From NCBI GenBank assembly GCA_963821525.1, contig CAWGED010000005.1, positions 416,001-480,000 on the forward strand: a DNA stretch of 64,000 bases. Direction: 5' to 3'. A program made the position numbers and the translations under genes. Origin of the DNA: an uncultured Gemmatimonadales bacterium. Its GTDB lineage: Bacteria; Gemmatimonadota; Gemmatimonadetes; Gemmatimonadales; GWC2-71-9. Of this stretch, positions 23,506 to 33,830 are shown piece after piece. The notes beneath the pieces are model-generated. The model had not been told where the DNA came from. It saw nothing but the letters and a program-made list of their open reading frames with translations, and searched no databases. The number at the start of each line of letters is the position of its first letter. Within the stretch, counting starts at the first letter, position 1.

Positions 23506-24033
23506 TCACCAGATCGGCAGACTCATCCCGATCAATCCACCGAAGTTGTCCTTCTGCAGGAAGCCGAAGACTCGAACCGACCTGATCCCGAACCCCGCCA
23601 GGATCGCGGGCTCCGTGTCGCTCCCCGACGCCCCCAATGCGGCCTCGAAGGTCAGGGTGCGTCCCATGTTGCTCAGGCGTTTGTAACCGCTCGCCAACTC
23701 CCGGTAGCGATTCACCTGCAACTCGAGCTCAGAGGCATAGGCGTTCAGGTGCTCGCGATATGCGACCTCCGCGGAATCACTCTGGCGCTGCAAGGTCAGC
23801 ATCGAATCCCGGATCCGGAGCTGTTGCACGAGGAGGGTCAGGCTGTCATCCAGGATCTGGATCCTCTTCGCCAAGTCGGTCGGTAAGGCCAGAAAGGCCG
23901 CCCCATCGATGGTGAGGGTCCATGACCCGTTAGGCTGCTTCTTCCCGAGTACGACCTGCTGGGCCTGGGCCGTGCGTAGACCGCCCGCCAGCACGAGCAA
24001 GGCAACTAGTAATCCGGCGATGTGACGTGGCAT
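23506..24033 (-). CDS. Secreted hypothetical protein with coiled coil and C-terminal beta strands
   Basis: ATG 24033 with RBS GGGAGGAG; signal peptide MPRHIAGLLVALLVLAGG..AQA; ends GGLIGMSLPIW. Confidence 0.75.
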   Translation of the reverse strand: MPRHIAGLLVALLVLAGGLRTAQAQQVVLGKKQPNGSWTLTIDGAAFLALPTDLAKRIQILDDSLTLLVQQLRIRDSMLTLQRQSDSAEVAYREHLNAYASELELQVNRYRELASGYKRLSNMGRTLTFEAALGASGSDTEPAILAGFGIRSVRVFGFLQKDNFGGLIGMSLPIW

Positions 24034-24044
24034 GGCGCTCCTCC

Positions 24045-24482
24045 CTATCTCGGGGGGCGCGGTCCGCCCAGAATCGCATCGACCGCGGCCGCGGTCTCGG
24101 TATCCGACGCGGCGGCGATTGCCGTCACGGTGGTCTGATGCTCCTGACGGAGCGCCTCTTCCTCCCGCCGCAGCGACTCGATGTTCTTCTGTTTCTCCGC
24201 TTCGATCCGCTGCAGGTCGATATTCTCGGCGCCCAACTGCTTCTTCATGGCGGCCAGCTCCTTGTCCTTCGCTTTTGCCTGCTTCTCCTGCTGCTCCAAT
24301 TCCGCTTTGAGCCCTGCGGCCCGCTTCATCCGCCATATAGAGAAGCCGGCGATCCCCGCGATCGAGGCGACCACCCAGGGGAGGCTCTTCCGCGGCAGGG
24401 CGCCAATGCGTAACGCCAGGAAGATCGCGATGGCGGCGCCGGCCAGAATCAGCGCGATATAGATGTCCGTGAAATTCGGCAT
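24045..24482 (-). CDS. 2-TM protein with long C-terminal coiled coil
   Basis: Two hydrophobic helices, then a KAELEQQEKQAKAKDKELAAMKKQL... coiled coil. Confidence 0.8.
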   Translation of the reverse strand: MPNFTDIYIALILAGAAIAIFLALRIGALPRKSLPWVVASIAGIAGFSIWRMKRAAGLKAELEQQEKQAKAKDKELAAMKKQLGAENIDLQRIEAEKQKNIESLRREEEALRQEHQTTVTAIAAASDTETAAAVDAILGGPRPPR

Positions 24483-24494
24483 GATGGTTGTCTC

Positions 24495-25094
24495 CTAGGA
24501 GCTTGGCACGGCCGCCGAGACGCCGGCCCTTTCATCGCGCTTGCGCTCGAGTGCGGCGATGAGCTTGTGGACCGGTCCCGAACCCAGGCCGATGGCGACG
24601 CCGGTGAGCGTCATGCCCAGGCCGGGGCGCCAGTCCAGCGGGATCCGGTCGAGACTCCATTGGACCGTGCCACCCGCAACCTCCTGATACAGCGCCAGCA
24701 GATCGAGGTGCTGCCAGTGAGCCAGTGTGATCCCGATCGTAATGCCCAGTATTTTTGCGGCGACGCGGACGTGGACCTGTCGCACCAAGTCACCGCTCAC
24801 CACCGGAATCGGACCACACCCTCCTCCGGGCCTTTGCAGCAGCATTTCGCTCATGCGAGCCAGAAACGCGGCCTGGGCCAGGGGAGGGATCAGCTGAAAC
24901 AGCCGGCGGCGGTGCTCGACGAACGCCTTGACCCCGTAGGCTCGGCGGGTCCACAGGTGATACCAGTCGAAATGACTGTCGAGCCAGTCGTAGAAGGACT
25001 TCAAGACCTCGAGCAGGCGCTCGATCAGCAGGCTGAAAGCGAGGACCAGCGTGAAAATGGCCGTGGCCTGGAGCACACCATTGGCACCGTTCAT
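24495..25094 (-). CDS. Holin-like multi-TM membrane protein
   Basis: SLLIERLLEVLK and LTGVAIGLGSGPVHKLI; paralogous to the N-terminal half of the adjacent amidase gene. The holin label is inference. Confidence 0.6.
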   Translation of the reverse strand: MNGANGVLQATAIFTLVLAFSLLIERLLEVLKSFYDWLDSHFDWYHLWTRRAYGVKAFVEHRRRLFQLIPPLAQAAFLARMSEMLLQRPGGGCGPIPVVSGDLVRQVHVRVAAKILGITIGITLAHWQHLDLLALYQEVAGGTVQWSLDRIPLDWRPGLGMTLTGVAIGLGSGPVHKLIAALERKRDERAGVSAAVPSS

Positions 25095-26368
25095 GGGTTC
25101 CCCCCGGTGACGAGGAGGTAGCGTTTGAGCTTGAAGGCCTCGATGCGCGCCGTCGCGAGGGCCGACGCTTTCCAGTTCGCGGCGAAGCGATCCACCCGAC
25201 GCTGGAAATCGTCGGCTGGGAAGCGGGACCCCGGACAGGCCTTGTCGGGATTGAGCTGGCGGTGGGGAACGATCGCGTGTTGGAAGTCCAGCGGGATTCC
25301 GTAGACCGCCGACCACAGTGCCACGATCCGAGCGCCCGCGTCCAGCTGCGCTTCGGTCGGTCGACTCGGCCCGTATCGCCCATCGGCGTTGGAGAAGGGC
25401 ACTGCGGGGTCGGTTTCGAAATTGCCGTTAAAGGAGATGCCCAGCGAGCGCAGGTTGAATCCCGCGACGTGATTGCCGAAACGGTCCCAGCGGCAGAAGG
25501 CGTGAATTCCACCGTCGGCAGTGATGACACAGTGGTACCCGGTGATCCAGGCAACGCCGTCGGTCTTTCGCTGGTGGATCACCCGGACCACGTCCTCGAA
25601 TGTCGACTCCATGGGCATCGCTGTGTGATGGTAGACGATGAGGTTGGGCTTCCCCGGGCGAAGGTGAGCCGACTCGAGCTTGTCGACGTCGACTCCGCCG
25701 TCGTAGGGGATCTCTACCCAGTCACCCAGATCGGGGGCCGCCGCCGCCGCTGGAGCGATCGTCACCGCCGTCGCAACGAGGGCTACCGGTGCCTCGCTTG
25801 GCTCCTCAACCTCGGGCGGAACTCGTCGCTCGCTGATCATCTTGATCAGGACGTGCACCGGCTGACTTCCCCCGCCGATGAAGAGCCCGGTGAGCAGGAA
25901 GTCCTGCCAGTCAACCAGGTTCTGGCCCATCAACGCCGAGAACATGTGCACGCCCGCGATCCGGGCGGCCAGGATTCCGGTCACCAGCCCGGTTAGTTGA
26001 AGAACGCAGGTCCGCAACGTCCCGCCTTCATCGGGGTCGGTCGCGTCCTCCACCAGGACCAACTCGGTCGGCATGGACTCGTCCGGTTCCCGCTGGCGCT
26101 CCATATCCACCAGCTTCGCCGCTTGCCTACGCTGCTCCTCCGGCGTGTCGGCCTGACGGACCGCATCTACCTGCTCATCCAGCGCCCGCCGACTCCCGAG
26201 ATCCTGAATTGCTTGTTGCGCCACATCCGTCGCGTCGGAGCTTCGTGACAGCGGACGTCCGGGAAAGAGGTCGAGCAGGTTCTTGCCGAACTCGATGACC
26301 CGTTCCGTTACCAGGGACAGGCCGAGCGCGGCGGAGAGGGTGACAGCAGCAGCATCGAGATCAATCAC
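25091..26368 (-). CDS. Membrane domain fused to N-acetylmuramoyl-L-alanine amidase (Amidase_2/PGRP-like)
   Basis: GTG 26368 with RBS AAGGAGG; IVYHHTA, GYH, GNHVAGFN..SLGISFNGNF, IVPHRQ..KACPG. Confidence 0.88.
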   Translation of the reverse strand: MIDLDAAAVTLSAALGLSLVTERVIEFGKNLLDLFPGRPLSRSSDATDVAQQAIQDLGSRRALDEQVDAVRQADTPEEQRRQAAKLVDMERQREPDESMPTELVLVEDATDPDEGGTLRTCVLQLTGLVTGILAARIAGVHMFSALMGQNLVDWQDFLLTGLFIGGGSQPVHVLIKMISERRVPPEVEEPSEAPVALVATAVTIAPAAAAAPDLGDWVEIPYDGGVDVDKLESAHLRPGKPNLIVYHHTAMPMESTFEDVVRVIHQRKTDGVAWITGYHCVITADGGIHAFCRWDRFGNHVAGFNLRSLGISFNGNFETDPAVPFSNADGRYGPSRPTEAQLDAGARIVALWSAVYGIPLDFQHAIVPHRQLNPDKACPGSRFPADDFQRRVDRFAANWKASALATARIEAFKLKRYLLVTGGNP

Positions 26369-26577
26369 AGGCGCCTCCTTGCAAGTACCGCGGATAGCCG
26401 GCAGGCGACGCGAACACAGCGACTGCAACCGGCAGCTGCGGACTCATTCGTACCGGCTCGGTGTGACTCTTCCAATCGGGCGCGAACCGACCGCGATCGC
26501 GAGTGGCATCCGGCCGTCCATCAATGACAAACTCAGGATGTACCCGAAGCCGCTCGCGACGAGGGCGCGAGCACGTT

Positions 26578-27320
26578 CTATGCGATGACGACGAAGTCCT
26601 TGCCGTCGTACCCGCGAGTTCGGCGGCAGACTTCGTATCCCTCTCGGTCTCCGGAATCGTTGGTATTGCCCTCGATGGTTTCAAATGCGGAGGGGGCGAT
26701 CGAGAGCACCAACCCGGTGTGTACCCAGTCAAGCGGGGTTCGGCGCACCAGGAACAGCGATCCCGGCGAGAGCTGACTCGGGGAAACCCCCGAGCGGCTG
26801 TCCAGAAAGACGCCCGCCTCTTTGGCCGCGGCAGCGAGCGAGTCGCAGGAGAAGGTGTAGGGAAGGGGTACGTGCTGACGCCCAACGTCTTCGCTGCCTG
26901 CCGGAGCATGTACCCCACGAATCCCGCGCACCAGGCCCACTCGGCGCCCTCGTTGCCCTTCATGTACAGCCGCACCCAGGGGCCCATGTTCTCGCCGCCC
27001 ACTTCCCGCGGCGACTGGGCCAGGTGTTGCTTGGCGTAGGCCAGAGTCAGCGGGCCCAGGCTGCGGGACCCGGGATTGATCGGGGCCAGGGCGGCGACCA
27101 TGGGTGCCACCAGGGCGGCGAAAGTCGTCCCGTTGACCACGCCCCCCGTCTGTAGCCCGCGCGCCTTTTGGAACGCTCGCACCGCCACTTCGGTGGCGGG
27201 CCCGAACTGACCGTCGACCGAGACCTTGAATCCCTGCAGCGAGAGCCACTCCTGGACTAGCCGCGCCTGACGGCCTGTCGCACCACTCGCGATGTTGCCG
27301 GCGAAGTCCCACTCGCTCAT
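26578..27320 (-). CDS. Peptidoglycan-binding domain + CHAP-like hydrolase (frameshift near 26865)
   Basis: PG_binding_1 VDGQFGPATEVAVRAFQKARGL; catalytic WCAGFV...HTGLV...TIEGNT. Confidence 0.88.
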
Positions 27321-27537
27321 TGGCGTTCTCCGGGATCTTGAGGCTTTGTCTGACACCAAAGGCTGGGTCGGGGCAGTCTTCCTGCCCCACCCCCGAATTG
27401 GCCGAAGTGCATCGAGGCGTCAAGAATCAAGAGGGATCTAGATCCTTTTCGAGGGGCCAGAAATCCGTATCCGTCCTGACAACGAGGCCCCCCCTCGGTC
27501 GGGGCGTTTCCCGATCGGAGGGCGTAGGGCATGGGCC

Positions 27538-27958
27538 TTACGCCACGGCCGCAATCGGAATTCCGTCGCCAAACGAGATTCCTTTGATCCATGTGTAGTT
27601 CTTCGACGTGCGCTCGGAAACCACTTCCCCCGCGCACTTGAGCGTCCCGGTCACCCGAGCCCGTGCCAGCTTCCAGCCGTTTGAACTGGCCATCCTGGAT
27701 GATCAAGTTTGCCGCTTCGATCGTCAGATCCAGTTCCAGCTCAAAGGGGATCCGGCCGGCAGGCATGCCATCCAGGGACAGCTCGATATAGGGCTCGTGT
27801 TTCGACTTGATGTGATGGGTCGCCAGGGGAACCACACTGGTGGTTCCGTGCGGAAACTGTTTGGTATCCGTGTATTTCTCGAATTTGCGATGCAGCTTCC
27901 ACGCACCCACCAGCACGTCGGCGAGTGGGATGTCGACCAGCTGTTTTGCCTGGTCCAC
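27538..27958 (-). CDS. Hypothetical protein (frameshift near 27660; possibly 5'-truncated)
   Basis: Coding-like segment DIPLADVLVGAW...ELDLTIEAANL continues in another frame to ...GDGIPIAAVA* at 27538. Confidence 0.5.
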
Positions 27959-28061
27959 GGGTCAAGGAATCGTCAAGCAGGTTCCGCCGTCGGGTATCGC
28001 GCGAAATTCGCATCCGGTACAGGGAATAGCTAGGGCATGAAGGCGAGCCGCGGGGCCATTT

Positions 28062-28153
28062 CGAGCGTCTCAAGCACGGGCTGTGGGCCCGGGATCCCGC
28101 GGCGAATGCACTGGTGGTGCTGAGGACTCCTGCCGGAACGAAGAAGTAGACTC
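28062..28153 (+). repeat. Right copy of direct repeat (displaced VOC 3' end)
   Basis: Encodes ERLKHGLWARDPAANALVVLRTPAGTKK*, matching the VOC C-terminus. Confidence 0.95.
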
Positions 28154-28167
28154 TGGTGGGATAGAGA

Positions 28168-29737
28168 TCAGGCAGGCTGATGCTTTGCCCACCAATCACG
28201 CGCCTTATCCTCAGTCCATGGTTCGGTCTCCACCGCGAGCAGCGCCTTCCCCAGGTCGGCCGCACTCTGGGGGCGCTCTGCGGGGTTCTTGGCGAGGCAG
28301 GAGAGCACCAACTTTTCCAGCGATCCCGGAATCGGCAGCTCGGTGCGTTGTGATGGAGGCACCGGGATATCGTTCAGATGCCGGTTGATCATCTGCAAAG
28401 GTGTCTCGGCCTCGAACACCTTCTGTCCGGTGACCGTGAAATAAGCGACACAGCCCAGGGCGTAGATATCCACCCGATGGTCCACCTTCTCTCCCATGGC
28501 TTGCTCCGGCGCCATGTAGGCGGGTGTCCCCGGGGTGAATCCCGTCATAGTCCCGACCGTATCCTCGGAGTTGGTGGAGACCGATTTCACCAGCCCGAAA
28601 TCGAGCACCTTCACGTAGTCGTGGCGGAGTCCCATCCGTCCGATGTGGATGTTGGCGGGCTTGATGTCGCGATGGACCAGCCCTCGTGAATGTGCCTCCT
28701 CCAGCGACTCGCAGGCTTGGGTGAGCAGATAGACGACTCGTCCGGCCGGCAGAGGCCCGGTCTTCCGCACCAGGGCCTCGAGGTCCATTCCATCCAGCAA
28801 CTCCATCACGAAGTAAACTGTCTGGTCCTCCATGACCCCGAAATCATAGAGCTCGACCGTGTGCTGCGATCGCAGGCTGGCTGCGGCCTCTGGCCTCACG
28901 CCAGAATCGCTTCACCGCGAGTTGTGCCGCCGCCTCATTCCCTTTGGCCAGGACACCGGGTCGGAGCAGCTTGATGGCAGCCGGCCGTGCCAGCATTCGG
29001 TGAGTCGCTCGGTAGACCTCGCCCATCCCTCCGGATCCGATGAGGTCCCCCAACTTGTAACTGCCCATCTCCTTCGCCTTGGCGACCTGCAGGCTGAGCC
29101 GAGTCATCACATAAGAGATCACCACCGCGACCCCGACCAGGATGTAGTCCGGATAGTGCATGACGACGACATTCTCCCACGGCCCGTAGTCCCAGACTCC
29201 GCGGACCTTCGCCGTGACCATCCCGATCGGATTCATCGAGACCGCAAACAGCGCTGCCACGAGCGTCTTGCCGGGAGTGCTCGGCACAATCGCGGCAAAG
29301 ATGAGAACGATGGCGCCGATCCAGCTGATGAGGGGAAAGACGTGCAGGCCCTGGGGAACCTTCTCCCAATGGATCATGAGACCCAGGGCAACGGCGGTGT
29401 AAACCATGTATACCAGCCCGAGATCCAGGGAGAATCTCGGGTCGCTGTCGCGACGCCGGGTGTAGAGGTAGAGTCCGAGAGAAACGGCGACGCTCAATGC
29501 GGCGAAGGCATCCTCCGCAGCGAACTGCCAGTACCGGGGATCCCGGCCGCTCAGGGTCCAGGTGGCGAAGTGGGCGAGGAAATCTCCCAGCACCCAGAGC
29601 GCGGCACCGACCAAGGCCATGATGCCCAGCCGCCGGGAGGCGTCCCGCAGCAGTTCCGGCGGGAGACGAGACTCGGTCGTCCCCACTCCGGATGGCGTGG
29701 ACGGGAGTGGAGGCGCGATCAGCCGGGTTTCAGCCAC
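28168..29737 (-). CDS. Ser/Thr protein kinase with N-terminal multi-TM domain (frameshift near 28895)
   Basis: GSGGMGEVY, AAIK, HRDIKPAN, DFG, GTPAYMAPE. Confidence 0.92.
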
Positions 29738-29738
29738 T

Positions 29739-29775
29739 CACCACTCGGTACTCGGTACTCAGTACGCGGTACTCC
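29739..29775. repeat. CTCGGTA heptamer repeats
   Basis: CTCGGTA CTCGGTA CTCAGTA CGCGGTA. Confidence 0.8.
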
Positions 29776-30189
29776 TCAGGGCTTTGGCGTCAGGGTAAAG
29801 TCCACCCGTCCTCTGGCCGCGGCCAGAATCAGCCGGATGGTCCAGTTGCCCGGCGTCCCCACCTGGGTCTCGGCGTCGAGATCCAGCTCGAGCAGCGTCG
29901 AGTCCACCTGGACCCCCGCTCCATCCGTGATGATCACAATCCCGTAGCCGTGATGGATGAAGCTGTTATGGCGAAATGCCGCCTGTGGGGCGGAATTGAC
30001 CCAATTGAAAATCAGCTCGTCGTTGACGTTTTCCATGTCTTCGGCCTTGAACTCGAAGCTCGAGGCCGTGTTGGTGACTTGCGGATCGTTCTCGGGTCCC
30101 AGCTCCCGCACGATGGAGTCGAGACACCCGATCAGTAGTGTGAGAGCGCTCAGCCCGCCAAGCGCCATCAGTCGGGATGAACGGTTCAT
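29776..30189 (-). CDS. Hypothetical lipoprotein
   Basis: Lipobox LLIGC; beta-rich mature part. Confidence 0.75.
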   Translation of the reverse strand: MNRSSRLMALGGLSALTLLIGCLDSIVRELGPENDPQVTNTASSFEFKAEDMENVNDELIFNWVNSAPQAAFRHNSFIHHGYGIVIITDGAGVQVDSTLLELDLDAETQVGTPGNWTIRLILAAARGRVDFTLTPKP

Positions 30190-31679
30190 TGTTCCCACCT
30201 CGGAATGGTCAGTGAAAGGAACGCCCTGAACTCGGACTCATCACGGTCCACATCTCGCTGGAAGGTGTAGTCGCTGCGGCGCCAGAGCCTGGTGTATCCC
30301 AGGCCGGCGCCGTACTTGCCCTTGTAGTAGCCGCGCACTTCTCCGGCGAGGGTGAAGAGGTGATGGTTACCCGAGAAGCCGCTCACCACCGGCAACCAGA
30401 GGTATCCTCCGGTGAGCGTTGCTGATCCCTACGCCCTTGTAGATGGCCGAGCCATTGAGCCTGGCCCCGATGCCAACGCCGTAGTCGTAGTCCCTTCCCT
30501 CCGCGGTGACGAAGTAGTCGGAACGAACGGCAGCGATCGGCATGAACCGAGCGAGCGCCTCCCCATGGAGGAGGACCTTCTTGGCCCGGTCGGATTCGGC
30601 GATGATCCCGCCCATGAAACCCTGTCCGCCAAAGTCGATCACTTCGTTGCTGATGTAGTCGTAGGTCATGAACCCGGCCAGCTGGAGCCGGGTGCTATCG
30701 CCGAGCGACCTGGCCCCGAGTCCGCCACGCACCACGAGGTCCGCAATGGCTCCCCGAGTATCGGAACGGGTCGCGAGGGTTCCTTGCAGCTGGAACGCCG
30801 AGAACGGCGCCTTATTCAGGTCGGTCATCTGATCGCCGTACACTACGTTGAACCTTATGAAGGTCTGGTCCAGTGCGTCGGGATCGGTGACATCGCCGCT
30901 GCGTGGAGAAGCGGCGGTATCCGACGTCCATGGAAGCCTGGAGTCGGGTGGGCCGCCAGTCAGGAGGGTTGGCGGAAATCTCACTCATTTCTCCCCGGAC
31001 CAGCCGGTTGAAGCCCCGCACCGGATTGATCAGTGTCGCGCCGACCTCCCGCACCACCCGATTGGTCCCGGTCGCCCGGTTGTCGAGAGTAAGCGACGAG
31101 AAGCGGAATAGAATTTCGCCCAGCGTGATGCCGCCCAGGCTGGTGTTGAAGAAATCGTTTGGAGCCGGGGCCCAGACCTCACCGAACTCCTCCCACATCA
31201 GGCTTCCCCCGAAGGCCCACGGCAAAGAGGCCCAGAAGTTGTAGCCGTTGGTCCGCCCCGCGTTGAAGTACAGACTGCCGTGGTAGGGGTGGGCAAACTG
31301 GTTGTTGGCGAATTTGTTGTTGTCCCATTGCCAGGCAAACTTGAGGTTGGTGATCCAGGTGTCCGGGCTGATGCGGGACCATTCGCCGTCGCGCACGAAG
31401 TAGGTGAAGCCCCATGGAATGGCCTGCACCAGCATCAACTCCCCCAACCCGGCCCAGAATCGTTTGGGTGGATTGCACTGGGTGCAGGGCAGATCCTGTT
31501 TGCCAACGTAGGGCGGTGGAAGGATCGAATCTGTCTCGGGAGAGATCGGCCAGGTTGTGGGACCAGACCGGCCCCTGGCTCAGCAGGGTGCGTGGAGCGG
31601 TGATGCCTCCTGCCACCGCAAGCGCCAGCGAAACCGCCAGCGCCCGGAATGAAGGAATCCTGAGTACTCGTCGTTTCAT
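30186..31679 (-). CDS. DUF3943 domain outer-membrane protein (several frameshifts)
   Basis: WQWDNNKFANNQFAHPYHGSLYFNAGRTNGYNFW...MWE..E..APNDFFNT..GG; beta-strand C-terminus; pieces in four ORFs. Confidence 0.8.
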
Positions 31680-31712
31680 GATGCCAGTCTCCTGATGACG
31701 CGAAGAAGCTGG

Positions 31713-32975
31713 TTAGGATCGGTTCGGCGTGTCCTGCAAAGACGGAATTGGTATTTCTCCAGTAATGTCAGCGGCACTGAGCAGTACTTCGGGTTGCACC
31801 TCCGGCTCGGGGACGGTCATGATCCGCCGGGCCAATGGGATCGTGAGAAATACCAGCAGTCCGGCGCCCAGAAATGGAACCCCCACGTCTGCGTGGTCCA
31901 TCAGAATGCCGGAAGCGATGGGAAAGGCGACGCGCGAGATCCCGCCGAAGGTATGCTGCACGCCCATGTACAGTCCTCTTTCGCCGGCGCGCACCACCCG
32001 GGAGAGCAGCCCGGTGACGCAGGGAAAGAGAAATGCCGTGCCCAACGGCATCAGGGTGAACCCGACCAGCAGTACCGGTAACCCGTGCGCCAGTCCCGTC
32101 AGGACCAGACCACCACCGAGCAGCACCAGGCCTACGCGGGACAGCCGCGCTTCGCCCAGCCAGTCTACCACTCGACCCAGGATCAGGGCGCGGATGATGA
32201 CCCCCATTCCGCCCAGGTACATGACGAAGAAGCCCACGTTCTGCTCGGTGATGCCGAGCCGCGCCTTGAGCAGAAGCGGCACGGTTTGAATCGTTCCGTA
32301 GAAGGCGCCGATCGCGACGGCGTAGATCCAGATGAGACGAGGCGCCGGCTCGTGCCAGTGCGAGAGTACCTGGGCGATCGCCGCGCGGCCAGTCGTGGTC
32401 GAGGGCGCGTGATGAGTTTCCGACAGCCGCATCTCCCGCGATTCTCGCAGATAGCGCCAGGCGAACGCGGCCACCAGTACCGACAGCGCGGCGGCGGCGA
32501 GACCGGGCAGCTTCTGTCCGCCCAGTGCTACCATGAGCGACCCGAACGCCGGACCCACCACCGCGCCAAGGCTCGTCACGGCCGAGAGCCAGCCGAGGCT
32601 CTTGGTCCGCTGCTCCGGGGTGGAGGCGTCGGCCACATAGGCCTGCACCACACCAATGGTCCCGCCACCAAGACCCTGGACTATGCGCGAGGCCAGCAAC
32701 GCCCATACCGACCCGGCAAAGGCGAACAGCGCATAGGCCACCGCGGTTACCAGCAAGCCGGCGAGGATGGCCGGCCGCCGGCCGTAGCGATCGGAGAAGC
32801 GGCCCCAGACCGGCGCCACCAGCAGCTGGGCAATGGAGAAGGAAGAAATCAGCAGCCCCACCACTGCCGCATTGGCCCCGAAATTCGTGGCATAGAACGG
32901 CAGGATGGGCACGATCATGGCAAGCCCAACCATGTCCACGAACGCGGTGACGAACAGGACGAGGAGGCGGGCCAT
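31713..32975 (-). CDS. MFS efflux transporter (TetA/DHA1-like)
   Basis: DMVGLAMIVPILP, WGRFSDRYGRRP, AYVAD, GAVVGPAFG. Confidence 0.9.
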   Translation of the reverse strand: MARLLVLFVTAFVDMVGLAMIVPILPFYATNFGANAAVVGLLISSFSIAQLLVAPVWGRFSDRYGRRPAILAGLLVTAVAYALFAFAGSVWALLASRIVQGLGGGTIGVVQAYVADASTPEQRTKSLGWLSAVTSLGAVVGPAFGSLMVALGGQKLPGLAAAALSVLVAAFAWRYLRESREMRLSETHHAPSTTTGRAAIAQVLSHWHEPAPRLIWIYAVAIGAFYGTIQTVPLLLKARLGITEQNVGFFVMYLGGMGVIIRALILGRVVDWLGEARLSRVGLVLLGGGLVLTGLAHGLPVLLVGFTLMPLGTAFLFPCVTGLLSRVVRAGERGLYMGVQHTFGGISRVAFPIASGILMDHADVGVPFLGAGLLVFLTIPLARRIMTVPEPEVQPEVLLSAADITGEIPIPSLQDTPNRS

Positions 32976-32976
32976 G

Positions 32977-33603
32977 TTATCTCTTCATCGCTTCCTGTAC
33001 CCCGGCCAGGATGAACTGCGTCGCCACCGCGGCCAGCAGCAGCCCCATGATTCGCGTCATCACCTTGATCCCGGTCTGGCCTAGATAGATAACCAGGCGT
33101 TCACCCAGCCTCAGGGTCACGTAGGAGAGCAGTGCGGTGAGAGCAATCGCCAGATATACCACGACGCCATGCGCGAGGTCTTGAGCCTGGCCCGCGAGTA
33201 CCATCACCGTGGAGATGGCTCCCGGGCCGGCCAGAATCGGAATGGCGAGCGGTGTCAGCGCCACGTCCTCCTTCGCCTCCCCCTCCGCCAGCTCCTCGCG
33301 TCCCTCCTGCGTGCTGCGCTGCCCCCGTAACATATCGAATGCCACAAACCAGAGAATGAGGCCGCCGGCGATGCGGAATGCGGGCAACGTGATTCCAAAG
33401 GCCTTGAAGATCCAGCGGCCCCCGGCGGCGAACACCACGAGCAGGATCGCCATCGCGATACAGGCGCGGAGCGCCGTCCGCTGTCGTTGCGATGCCGTCT
33501 CTTCGCGAGTGACGACGAGATAGGACGGCACCGCCGCCACCGGGTCCACGATGAAGAGGACCGAGGTGAAGGTGATCAGGGCGAACTGAGCAAACTCGCT
33601 CAC
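32977..33603 (-). CDS. MarC family membrane protein
   Basis: FRIAGGLIL, PLAIPILAGPGAIST, TRIMGLLLAA. Confidence 0.93.
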   Translation of the reverse strand: MSEFAQFALITFTSVLFIVDPVAAVPSYLVVTREETASQRQRTALRACIAMAILLVVFAAGGRWIFKAFGITLPAFRIAGGLILWFVAFDMLRGQRSTQEGREELAEGEAKEDVALTPLAIPILAGPGAISTVMVLAGQAQDLAHGVVVYLAIALTALLSYVTLRLGERLVIYLGQTGIKVMTRIMGLLLAAVATQFILAGVQEAMKR

Positions 33604-33830
33604 GGGGCTCCGGTGGCGGGCCGAAGCAACTGGCGGATGTCCGTCACAATAGGCCTTCGGTCGCTCCCGATCGGGTCCACACGAGATTGTGCAAGTTGAA
33701 CCGGAACGGCTCAGTTCGCCATTGCCCTTGGGTGAAGGCGGGGTGGGGCCATCGGACGGATCAGGCTAGCGTAAAGCGGCTGGAAACCAACCGTTCGTCG
33801 CGGGTAGAAACCCGCGAGGAGAGAAGCGGA

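Larger units (their letters stand above)
20423..28061. mobile_element. Putative integrated island (no integrase visible)
   Basis: Bounded by the duplicated VOC gene 3' end; contains a block of minus-strand accessory genes. Confidence 0.65.

Noticed and set aside
20423..28061. Intact prophage
   Set aside because: No integrase, terminase, capsid, tail or replication genes are recognisable.
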